DNA of 60,653 nt, the filler included, from Sphacelaria rigidula (Eukaryota): NCBI GenBank assembly GCA_964200075.2. It is 8 parts of 8 records of this genome, joined end to end, with 100 filler letters (N's around TTAATTAATTAA, not from the genome) between each part and the next. Parts side by side here need not be neighbours in the genome. Positions count along the whole stretch, not along the records: positions 22,785 to 30,278 come from CAXNAA020014666.1; positions 30,379 to 37,872 come from CAXNAA020014667.1; 6 more parts are not named here. The stretch is one strand, 5' to 3'. The position numbers and the translations under genes were made by a program. Below are positions 24,500 through 35,645 of this stretch, piece after piece (the stretch's first letter is position 1; the number at the start of each line of letters is the position of its first letter). Below the pieces are notes generated by a model. That model saw nothing but the letters and a program-made list of their open reading frames with translations. It did no database searches and was not told the DNA's origin.

Positions 24500-27400
24500 T
24501 TCCATGTGTCATACTCTTGCGTTGCCCAGCCCGACAAGTCATGGGCCATTCTGAGTCTGGTTGATTCCGAGAGTGCCCCCACTTGGCGACAGTCTTTTGG
24601 GAACTCATCTCAACGCACACGTAGCAGCTATCAGCCAGTTGCCAATAATACAAGAAGTATCAACACTATCTCGGACTGCTATCTCAGAGGAGCCTTTGAC
24701 CTTCATGCAACACATGTTGTGCTGCAGCCTGCACGGCTCATGACATGCCACCTGACCACTGGTGCGGTGGCTGACTCGCACTCGATAATATCGAACTCAA
24801 TGGTTTCGATACTAAAGACTGTGTTTGGGCCTGCTAGCCCCGGTGCCCACTGAACGGGCATCTTCCTACCCAGGTCGTAAGTATCGTACCATGACACACC
24901 TACAATCGTCCACAAAACGATTCAGGTATACAAGTCATAATGTGCTTCCGCATTATCAACAAGCAACTACACCGGTACTTGCTCCTTAACATCATCCAAC
25001 CCGGCGTTCACCACAACATCAAGCACCTCAGGTAATGCCTTCCGTGTAATTCTCCTGCGCTCCTCTTGAGAAGCAGCAGCTCTCAGGCTACAATCTCGTC
25101 CATACCGTAGAGTAGCATTTCCACTCGGAGCGTCGCTCCTCGCATCATAGATACAGCTACAGCTCTCATAGCTTTCCCGAAAATCGGTGTTCAATGCCCA
25201 CTGCACGGCGGGTACCAAACCCACCCAGGCATTAGCATCGCGTCTTCCTCCCTGCATTATGACCTTCAAGGTACGAACAATTTCACGCATCATTCGCTCA
25301 CATTCACGATTTGACAACCGCGAGTTGGCCACCAGGAATCTGCGATCCATCAGCGCCTTCTTGAGCACTCTCACCACACGATTCTCATATTGCGATACCG
25401 TATCGCTGACCCATCCCTCCTGCGGCCCCAGCGCTTTGCACCATGTCCACAGATGCTTCACCGTCGTCGCCGCCGTACAAGACTCCGCGGGCTTCAACCG
25501 CACGAAGTCGCCCAGGTCATCCATCCTTACCAATACGTGCTTGAACGAATCTCCTTCGTCCAAGCCATTATCTCCCAGCGGACCACCCTCGCCAACACTG
25601 AGAAAATTGAAATGAAGCACCTTTCCTAGGCGAGCACCACGCACCACCTCCTTGTGGGGACGGGGAACTTCCTCCCCCGCCTTGTATGCACTCATCCAGC
25701 GAAAGTAGGACTTCTCGGGCGTTGCAATCGCTGCTCTCGCCCACATTACTTGCAAACTGCAGTACACGAGTACACGAGCCCGAGCGCCACCAATGTTGCG
25801 ATGCAACGTGCCAACCACGTCAGAGCAGTGCTACGGTAGGGGTGCACTTTTTTCGCGAAATTATGTCTAGTTCAGGGGCTCCTAACAATTCTGTAGATGC
25901 ACGAAAATATGGATCAGGGCATCCCCGTTTGCAAATTATTCGGGATGTCTCCAGCACATTGGAAAAGTAATCCTGGCGTACTTTCACATATTTTCATAGG
26001 TCGTATTTTGCATGAGATAAAGGGCTCCTAACAATTTCGACCTCAGAAAATATTTCTGCACCCCTACCGTAGCATCACTCGTCATCCTGACCGGAAACTA
26101 CGCCCTAAGCCGAGCCTTTGCCTTCACAGCAACACGTTTGAATAACACCTTCAAGGGCTCGACGCGAGCAGGCGGATAACCATGCAGCACTCGCCTAAAA
26201 ATGCTCGCTCTGTTCCATACAGGCTCACGAATCTGGCTCACGTCGCTTTCCAACAACCGCTCGACTGAGGAATTAACGGGCTCCGCCTGATCTCCTCTTT
26301 GCTGTAAAGCGTCAACCGCGATACTGACACGCCGACAGTCCGTCAAATCAGGCGTGTTTATACCTCGCACCGAAGTGTCTCTTGCACGTGCACAATCACC
26401 TAAGCTACTGTACACGTCAATGCCCAGCGCCTCCAGCGTAGGGCTCCCCATGATGATCACATCATCTGTACCCGGCATGACCGCATATGAACATGGGTCC
26501 AGCACAACCGGTCCCCAGCTGGTGTGTAAAGCGGTTCGGACAGGGCAAGTTTTCTGCTTCACGCGCTTAACACTGCCGTTAGCCAGTTTCACCAGCTGTT
26601 CACCAAACATGGGTGTGACCACTCGAACATCTGGAACCATAGCTTGTACTTTCGTCGCTACATCCACTGACATGGTCGTGATTCCAGATCCCGAGTCTAA
26701 AATGGCCTTGACCGGACAAGCACTCTATGCCCCTGTACTCGGTACAGACAAGTCGGCGAGACACCATTGTTCCTCTTTTTTTATGCGTATACCCTCAGAT
26801 TGAAAACCTGATACTTCACCCGGTTTAAGCGATCTCCACGACGACATCGCCTCAGATGTCCAGCGCGGGACTGTTTCCCCTGTTTCCCCCGATACGGTCT
26901 GCTCTACGCCACCAGTAGAAATGACCGGTTCTGGTGGTAGCATCGCTCCACTGCTGGGAGCACCCCCTCCATCGGTTGAAAATACAGCCCTTGTAGCGGC
27001 AGTACGCTTGCCTCCTCCTCGACGCACCTGTCCAGGGCCCTGCGACAGCTGCTGCTGTTGTTGCTGCGTGTCGCCGGCCTTCGACTGCCCACCCGTAGTA
27101 TGTTATGGAGCAGCAGCTCGGTTTTGCTGCTTACAATCCTTCACGAAGTGGCCCCTGTCTCCACATGAGAAACAACCTGCATAGCTTGGGCCCGGTTTCC
27201 GAGATTTCCCAACACTGGCAGTCTCACTGCGAGTGGTCGCCGTTTTTCCACCATTCGCTTCACGCTTGGACCCGGAGGTCCCGCTGCCGCCCTTCTGTTT
27301 CAGCTGCGGCTGGTGACGGCGCTGTTTATCAGCTGCTTCTACCGTCTTTCATGCCTCTGCTGCTTTTCTAGCCGTATCATACACGAGCCCAGGGCCCTCT

Positions 27401-28011
27401 TTCCACCTCCCCTTCATGTGAAGTATGTTGAGCACTTTCGTCTTGAACTCAGGGGGGGAAAATGCCGGCGAGCAATTCCCGCGTAATTATATGAGCGGGT
27501 CCTTCTTCGAAAGTCTCGCCCTTGCGGAATGCGCGCTCGATGCTCGCGTTTTCGGCAAAAACACCCTCGAGGGCACCCCACTGTCCCTCGATTCTACCCA
27601 TGGCAGTCGGCTCGTTGCGAGCGGCCAACCCCTTCCGCACACCCGCTGCAGCAACTGAAGGATCGATCTCTGTACCAGTCCAACATTTTGCATGTCGGCC
27701 TAGTGCCTCCTTTAGATGTTCATCATCGAGTACCGATCCGTCAAATATTTTACGTGATAAACACGCGCGAATGTGCTCGGGCACGAGTGCTGTCACGGTC
27801 AATAAAGCGGCCTGTACTGTCCTCCCCTTATTGCTTAGTTGTACGATCTCTTCGTAATCCCTATATTTTTAATAAACCGTCTGGAGGCATCTTTGCTGAA
27901 ATGCCGTCCGTACTCCGGTGCTTTTAGTGATCCACCTGGCATCAGCTCAGTAAATTTAATCGTCACGTCATCGCCTGCATCGCTCCCACCTCCTTTCCTG
28001 CGCGCTGCCAT
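24500..28011 (-). mobile_element. Ty3/gypsy LTR retrotransposon internal region: gag, protease, integrase; RT/RNase H deleted; degenerate
   Basis: gag from ATG 28011 with zinc knuckle CFSCGDRGHFVKDC (~27132-27174); protease AILDSGSG (~26680-26706); integrase core LHFNFL..HVLVRMDD..WVSD..SNRECERMMREI..WVGLVPAVQWALNT (25190-25620). Confidence 0.9.
25834..26069. mobile_element. Tc1/mariner-type MITE nested in the gypsy element
   Basis: Perfect TIR CGGTAGGGGTGCA; TA duplication; the reconstructed target TGCTAGCA is palindromic. Confidence 0.88.
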
Positions 28012-28169
28012 TCTTTCTTAGCTGCACGCAACGCTTCCAGCCAACATAGCTGTCCCTCTGTTCAACGAGCTGCAACGAGCTGCCTCGCGTTACAGACTGC
28101 ACACCTGTCTGTGTACACTACAAAGATGCTTTTGCACAGACTGTCCGCAGCTGAAAAAAAAGTTTGCCA

Positions 28170-28405
28170 GAACCCAGCAGGTTCCCTGAATAAACGTTTA
28201 TTATAGACCCCTCTTGGATTCAGAACAAGATCACAAGACTGCTCCAAGGGCTTCCTCCCTCACTAGGTAGGGCTTGGAGACTCCAAGACAGATGTTGTTC
28301 ACAAACACACAGTCTTCGTTATCGGAAGTAACCCTGCACCTCCTTGAACACATATACTGTCAAGCAGTCATGGTTATACTCCAGAGAACATCTCATGACC
28401 TAACA
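28170..28405 (-). repeat. Probable 5' LTR of the gypsy element; diverged related LTR-like copy at 28670-28899
   Basis: Two diverged ~230-bp direct repeats upstream of gag. The minus strand starts TG and carries AATAAA in both copies. Confidence 0.6.
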
Positions 28406-28955
28406 TCATGATACAAAGTTCATATCCAAACCTACATGGATCAACCTGCAGCTCCTCATGCATTTGTACGTGTACTAGAGGTGGACTACTCTACAGACCA
28501 CGGCACCCCTTATTAACGCAGCTCTCATCACGTCTTGAAATCCTGCGTAGACTCCTTGCCTGATGCCATCTTCAATGGCTTTGCGCCTGTTCTCCGTCGC
28601 GTCTTTCCCCTCTGTTATTCAACGATCACCCTCGCAATGTTTCAGGGTTCAGCGACCCCCTTCAAAAACTACAAGTTTCCTGAATGAACGTTTATTATAG
28701 ACTTGTATGGATTCAGAACAACGAATCAGTGCTTGCTCCAAAGGCTTCCCCCCCAGCAGGGCTTCAGAGACTTCAATCCTGAGCAGTTGTACAAACAGCT
28801 GTCTTCGTTAAACCGGAAGTGACATTTTCCTCCCTGCACACACATGATAACTCAAGCAGTCATGGTCATACTTCAGAGAATATCCATGACCAAGTCTCAT
28901 CTAACTTTATATCCAGCTGATCATGTACCTGCACGTGTACTGGAGATGGACAACT

Positions 28956-29790
28956 CTACATATCGCACACATCCTCCCGAGTGGGATGTGCAGGACTCTT
29001 GACACGTCGGGTAAAATCAACGATGACATCCCCCCCAACATGCGATTGGATCTTGGCGCAACCGTCCTTGCTCGCACATGTACGTGTGAGAGTAGTAGCG
29101 GTGACGATAACATCGCCTTGTTTTTCGACAACGTCTTCTGCAGCGCACAGAGGCACGTCTGTCCAAAAGAGAGGCAGAGATGAGTCGATCTTTGCGTTGG
29201 TCAGGGTCACAGACAACAGACGATTATAGCAGTCGAGATGCGGCAACCCTCTGCACTCTGGTCTTTTTGGGGGGGTTGTGTAGCAATAAACAAAAAAATT
29301 TGGTATGTGTTGGTAGCGTAATGCCAATCTCTCTAGAGATTTGGAATCGCCGAACGAGGAGACGCTCAAGACACGGGCGAGAAGCTTCCTCTCCGACATT
29401 GCTCCTCCGGTGTTATCGTCATCGACGCACGTGTACACCTCATTCGTTGGTTAAGTGCACCTGTGAGCCACACCTGCTTAGCTGTAACATGAACTTTTTT
29501 CTGCGCTAATTATTTAATTTGGCAATGCAAAACTCACGTTTTAAAAGGCGACCTTAACCCCATTTGAGTGTTCAATCTCATTTTCCAGGATCCTTTGTTC
29601 AAACCTGTCCCGAAGAAAATGGCCACAGAGTGCATGATAGCTGGTTTCATACATCATGAAATCCCTCATATGAGTGGCATTGTCGAAAACGACCCCAAGC
29701 ATGGGAGTTCTCAGCTTCTCAGCTGCTCGGTGCGCTTGGATTTTGTCGTATTGGTTCATATGTAGGTTTTTCTTCCTCAAACCAGCCATT
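28956..29790 (-). pseudogene. Degenerate two-block coding relic, possibly a MuDR/MULE-like transposase N-terminus
   Basis: MAGLRKK...MLGVVFDNATHMRDFMMYETSYH...RFEQR followed by a Cys/His-containing frame. Splice-like sites are present but the joined frame is broken. The family call is tentative. Confidence 0.3.
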
Positions 29791-30659
29791 TTCTTGGCGG
29801 GGGAGGGAGGGGAGAGGGGGGGTGGGGGGGCTATTCGCGGCATCACTTCGCTGGTGAAACAACGTCCATTCATTGGTCGCAGACAGATGGTGCAGTTACA
29901 CGCCGATATAGACACGGTGGACTATGGAGTTGCCCCCCGCCCACGCGTCAGACGTACTGAAGCTCGAAACTTTTCTGTACGGAACTCGCTATATATAGTA
30001 CCACCGTATCATAGTATAGCAGTGCGGTTCTGGATTGCACTCAGGTTGCTTGCTGTGGAGGACCTACTGGGAAGAAGATACGAGCAGCGGTGCGTGTTTG
30101 AAACCAGGGATAAGTCTTGGTGATTTACTACTACTGACACTGGGCTCGTACCGCTTCACTAGGATCTGTCCCTTCGTCCCACAAGCGTTTTCTCATTTTT
30201 CAACTATTCCAAGGGTCGGACAAATAATGATTCGTCGGGAAATTATTTGGTTTTAGTATGATGAGTCGATTCGTGACGNNNNNNNNNNNNNNNNNNNNNN
30301 NNNNNNNNNNNNNNNNNNNNNNTTAATTAATTAANNNNNNNNNNNNNNNNNNNNNNNNNNNNNNNNNNNNNNNNNNNNGCAATCTGTGCGTGCTCAATTG
30401 TCAATTTGCTATTTTAGTCATCATACTTTTTCCCTCCCCCCCCCCTCTCCACATCCTCTCATTTTTTTTCAGCGAGAAGTTTACGTTTCGTTTACCTCGG
30501 GTACGTTCCTCCGGAAGCACCCGATTCGCGACGATCGAATAAATCAATACCGACTTCGACTGTTCGTTTTGGTCATACTGGCAACCTTTGTTTCCTGCCC
30601 GTCTGACGGACCACCCGTACCTTGTACCAACCGTGAGAATTCTCACCCCTAGACAAAAT

Positions 30660-30843
30660 GTCATTAGTTGCAATATACATGAAATTGTACTGCGTAAAGT
30701 ATAGACATTTTGCAACTTTTGTCGGTCTGACAATAGCTGTAATAGGCCTATACTTACTCCACGCAGTGCATTTTTTGCGACCGACAATATTTGCAGTAGA
30801 CACATACTTTACGCAGTACATTTTTTCTATTGCAACTGTTGAC
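30660..30843. mobile_element. Palindromic MITE (related relic at ~8575-8660)
   Basis: ~65-bp imperfect TIRs GTCA..AGTTGCAATA...TGTACTGCGTAAAGTAT...TTGTCGGTC. Confidence 0.8.
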
Positions 30844-30892
30844 CACACATCATCCAGGATTGTGGGACATTGAGATTTCGATTTACAATTTT

Positions 30893-31298
30893 GCCGCCGC
30901 GCCCCGGTGGTGTAATGGTCTGACTGTCGCCCTTAGGGTGGAGAGAACGGGGGTTCGATTCCCGATGCGTTGGTTTTTTTCTTCGTAATGTGTGATTTCC
31001 ACCGTGGAAAACGTAAGAAGGTGAGTAAACAAAGTAGTCGACCGGGTTTGTGCGACGTGAGTTGACGAGGTGCGGGAGTGCTGACCAGATCCGCGAGACC
31101 AAACGTGAGTAAACAAAGTAGTCGACTGGGTTTGTGCGACGTGAGTTGACGCGGTGCGGAGGTGTTGACCCAATCCGCGAGACCAAAATGAAAGGCGCGT
31201 ACCGGAGAGAGATGGGTTGATTCCTTGAGACCACGGATCCATCCCGAGGAAGGGGAGTAGTTCAAAGTGTGAGGGAAATATATATATATATATATATA
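30893..31298 (+). mobile_element. tRNA-derived SINE family A, with an internal 84-bp tandem duplication (31021-31188)
   Basis: A box TGGTGTAATGG, B box GGTTCGATTCC, tRNA-Pro-like anticodon arm; body shared with 47641-47950, 38046-38197 and 9712-9895; (TA)n tail. Confidence 0.88.
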
Positions 31299-31783
31299 TC
31301 CGCTCTGCGGCAGGGCTATGCTCGGTGGTGGCGTGAACGATGTTTAGCGTAACCAGCACGAAGAGTCTACAGCTGACCTCAGATAACCAAATTTTGTGCC
31401 GGAGTAGTGCTGTCCACGAAACTGACGTTTGGGGTGCGTGACTCATTGTGGCTATGGAATTAAAAAACCTCCAAAAGGCTGGTCATGCTGTTACCTGACC
31501 ACACGAAAACGGAACGGACGGCGATTCAGATCATAAGAAGGTGGGTGGTGGTGGACGCGAACATTCACCGACGGAAACTCGAAAAAGGGAAAGTGTATTT
31601 ATTTTGTCGTCACCTTTGATTCCAATGATCAAGCGCCGGTATGATGAAATACGAAGTTGTCCCTCGAGTTCAGAGCTTTCGATGGGACCAATCCAGTCCA
31701 CTGCACAAACTCACAAGGGGTGTCGAGTTATGGCGTTTTGACAAACTTCATCGTTTCTGGGACCGTTTATCCATTGCTGTGTT

Positions 31784-32029
31784 CGACACTTTCTGCGATA
31801 GCCCCCCCCCCAAACCAGCTAAAAATGCCACGAAAACAATGGCCATACAGCACCTGATGTTCGGGTTCAGGCTGCATGAAACGCCTCATATTGGCGACAT
31901 TGGCTAGAACGAAGCCAAGCGTGGGAATTCCCAGTCTTGTGCTCGGCTTTTCCCAGTTCGATTTACGCGAAGATTTTGCCTCCCAAAACCATGCACTTTT
32001 GGGGGGGGGGGCTATCGTAAAAAGTGTCG
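31784..32029. mobile_element. MITE-like element
   Basis: ~30-bp TIR CGACACTTT.T.CGATAGCCCCCCCCCAAA. Confidence 0.7.
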
Positions 32030-32155
32030 TTTGTGCATTTCGCATGCACGGGTACTGATTCGATGAGTGGAGACGAGGTATTTACTTTCAGATCGGCCAA
32101 TTTTTCGCGTGATGACCCAAACCTACGGTATCGGTGCCGAACATACCACATTTTG

Positions 32156-32593
32156 TAGGGCTGTGAACTGGACCAGTTTATACTGACGATGAAATTGGGA
32201 CTGGAGTTGAACTGCACTTGGCGACGAGGGCGCCAGTATATCCAGTTTTGTTAGGTTTACGGTTGCCGGCTATTTTTATACTTACATATATATCGTGTGG
32301 GATGATTTGTTTTTCCCTTGTTTTTGGACAAGGAGAAGACAATATTCAACGCTATCTGAGCCTCCAAGCTCCTCAACGTTACTGGTTATATTTAATAACT
32401 ATCCACATTTTTGAAGGGAAAACAAGCCAAATGCCGCAATTTTTCTTGCCTCTGGCGGCGCACCCGTGAGGCCCTCTCACCAGCCGGGGAGGAGTGTTGG
32501 AGCTAGCCGATTAGCTGGAAAAACATCGATGTACTGGCCGCTGGCGCGGCCAGTTTGAACCCAACCGGCCAGAGCTGCCAGTTCACAGCCCTA
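32156..32593. mobile_element. hAT-type MITE
   Basis: Perfect 16-bp TIR TAGGGCTGTGAACTGG; TSD not preserved. Confidence 0.8.
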
Positions 32594-33046
32594 TCAATAG
32601 CATTCAGTGCTCAGAACATTAATCAAACTTGTCATACTTCGATTACTCCCCTCCCTCCTTCTGCGTGAGCATCTATCCATCTGTTTTTTTTTCAATGGGC
32701 AAGGGAGTACGATCCTCCTACACTCGACCCCTCCTCGTGACTGTGGAATTGCCTCGAAGAGATTTATCCCACGATGAAACTTTTGGTGTTCTGGACCGTA
32801 ACGTGGTCATTAAGGGGCAGCCGCGACTTTCGAGAGACTGAAGGGACTCAAAATCGTCAAAGAGGGGACAGGGGGCAGGGAGGGGTGTATGCATGGCTTC
32901 AACAATTACCTCCCCCACCACGTATTGATTTGACCCTGATTCTTGTCTCCACCTTTGTACTTTCTAATAGACGCTTGTTCCACGGGTAGGGGGTGGAATC
33001 CCCCGTAAACTTACGTTTTTCCTATGATTGATTTCCCTTGCCTCAC

Positions 33047-33214
33047 CTCTGCCGGCTTTCCGCCTTTACCAGAAGCCACAATTTGCCTATCCAAGATATG
33101 TGTCCTGGGAGCACCAGTCCGTTTAGTTGAGTCCATGGTTACAGTGTGTGGACAATGTTTTCCTGTCGCTTCGGTGAGATTTCCGTTGATCCAGTAGCGT
33201 TGGTACACTACCGG
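33047..33214 (-). CDS. Putative internal exon, unknown protein (possible terminal exon 32718-32837)
   Basis: ctcttcag acceptor, GAG|gtgagg donor, 168 nt open (PVVYQRYWINGNLTEATGKHC...). No recognisable homology. Confidence 0.35.
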
Positions 33215-35109
33215 CTGAAGAGCAGAGTTGCAGTACAGAACGTACAGACACAAATGCCGGAGTGTGTTGCGGTACTTGGTGCCCAGTTGGGTTGCCGAAA
33301 GCCGCAATATATCAGGATTGGGCGGTGAGTCTTGTTCAGTAGCGGCAGCAGTTTCCTATGTTCCAGTACAATGCAGCGAAAAATGTAAGGTTCGTCGTGT
33401 TGCAGTACACGAGAGTCGTCGCTGGGGTAGGGCAGCTAGTGAAGCGGAGGGATTTTGTTCCGAGATGGGCTTTTTAATTATGGTGTGTGTACATAATATG
33501 ATTGGATAATGAACATTCACCATATTCTTCTCCCTCTTTTCCAACTACAGCGAACTGTTGTATCCTATACTACTCTACTTTTTTTTTTGGCATATGCGCG
33601 CAGTGCAACGCGATACAGTGAGTTTCAAAACATAATAAAGGCGTAAAAAAATATGTCGTTGAAAACGAGATATACTCAACGCTAATATTACACTTACTGA
33701 TCGTGTGCAAGCTACTTTTCTTTTTCTCGACAAACGGGTATGACTTCGAATATCAGTATATTGATGCAGCAGCATTTTTGTTATATCGCATGCCGCGTTT
33801 GATCTGATCTGGAGACAATACGAGCTACATGTTATCTTCCTGAGACATTTCGGGTGCGCATTTGCGCGTGCACATTTACGGGTACACATTCTCCGTCGAT
33901 GCGTGTGTGCATCCATTGCCATCTTGTATCTTGTCTAGAGTTTTCATTTTTTTGTTTGATGTATTCGATAAATTGTGCGACCGGTAGTCCTGAAATGTCT
34001 TGGAACATGACAAAACATCTTGTTGCTAAAGAATGCCTGAGAAACGAGCATCCGAGCACAACAGTTTTGGGTAGGAGAGCACACGGACAGAGAACGCACG
34101 TCAAGGTGAGATTATCTGAAGAGTATCCGCTGAATATATGGGTATGGTCATCGCTAGCTCGAAGTTGTGCAACGTCGTATTTCCCCATGAACGCAGGGTC
34201 TCCGGTTAGCGTCGGATGGGTACTGGACTGTACGGCAGGCACTGCTGTATCGTACCAGGCTTCGCGCAGCTCGTATATAAAGTTAGGACTCTCTCACGAT
34301 GGTTGCGCACAAGGCTTGCCTGCAAGTTGCTGAGCCGGGGCGAGCTCTGTCAAGTTTTTTTTGCCGACACGTAATACCACCGTTGTCGTATAGGGAGTAT
34401 TGTCGCACACACTGCTTTCAACGACCCAGAGTGTCGTGTTGTATCGACGACCCTGCTACAGTACACTGTTCGCTGAGGTGAGCATCACAGATGCAACTCC
34501 GCGCTCAAGCACAGGACAGGGAGCACGGGACTTCGTTCGAGCATCTGCAGTCCCGTAGTACAGCAGTCACAAGCAGTGTGGAGTATCATGATACAGTACA
34601 GTGGACTCTCTGTCTCGGCGATGGTAGTAAATGCCGACTGCACGCTGTGGGAAGGTCTGTGTCCTTCGTCAATTCTCAATGCACGCCGTGCCAACATATT
34701 GGTAACCCAAGAGACAACGCCTCTACTCGTACAACTGTACCCGGGATAGCGTGTCACAGCTGTACCTGGGTAAGACGGCTGGATGCACCCACCGTCCGAC
34801 GTTTGGATAGGTGGACAAAGCCGAGCTCCCGAGCTTTCAACAATTGGCTTTACAGAGACTCTTACTCTTACACGTAGGTGTGGTGCCTGGCCACCCTGCA
34901 CTTGAAGAATCGTTGTGTGCTCTCTTGCGGGTCCCTCTCCCCCTCCCCCCCGCCCGCACAAATGCAACACGCGTTTAAACACGAGGCCTCGTGTTCACCG
35001 CGCGACGACACAGGCAGAACGATACAGACTACCGTCTGTATTGTACGGAAAATACACTATATACGATCATAGGGTGATGACTCTTGCCAAAACCCGGTGA
35101 TATCTCGTT

Positions 35110-35645
35110 GGGGGAGGGGGGGGGGTGTACTCATGATCATGCGTGCCATAGTCTTCTGACCATTGACCTCGCGTCCCTACAAAGCCGGGACGGAGCACGC
35201 CGGGTTTTCGCCGCACCAGGCTCGCAATCAATCACCAAGCGCGAAGCGTCATGGTGTGTTCGGCGAGTCGCATGAAGGGTGAGCTGCATCCTGCTGAGAT
35301 TGTTCGGCCTGAAGCGTACCGATCATATTATTGCATTTGGATGGCAGCCTGCAATGAGTTGCTTTATGTCCTGGTATCGCCACTTCGAGAGACAGCCAGG
35401 GCTTGTACACTGCCTCATGGGTGTCTCGCCATGTAAACACTACGTGATACGATCATTCCCATGGTACGAAGTTGAGGTTCTCCAACGCCGCACAACATGG
35501 TCCAGCTCGACTACCATCTTGGTTACCGCGAAAAAACTCAAGCGCTCCAAAAAATTGGTAACCTGGTTGCCTAGCTCCTGCAGTGAGTGGCGTGTTTCAC
35601 AGCGTCATCGCCAACCAACGCCGACCCCACCGGGGTCCACCCCTC
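35110..35645 (+). mobile_element. CAAGGGTCTGTCG-family internal region (longest copy)
   Basis: Shares modules with 10650-10870, 11440-11740 and 15191-15600. Confidence 0.8.

Noticed and set aside
24480-24620. Chromodomain at the end of the gypsy integrase
   Set aside because: Only a faint 'GW...YDTW' resemblance amid stops and frameshifts.
30895-30970. Functional tRNA genes (also 47641, 47290-47350, 6641-6705)
   Set aside because: The acceptor and anticodon stems do not pair properly, and each unit is attached to a shared repeat body, so they are SINE or repeat heads.
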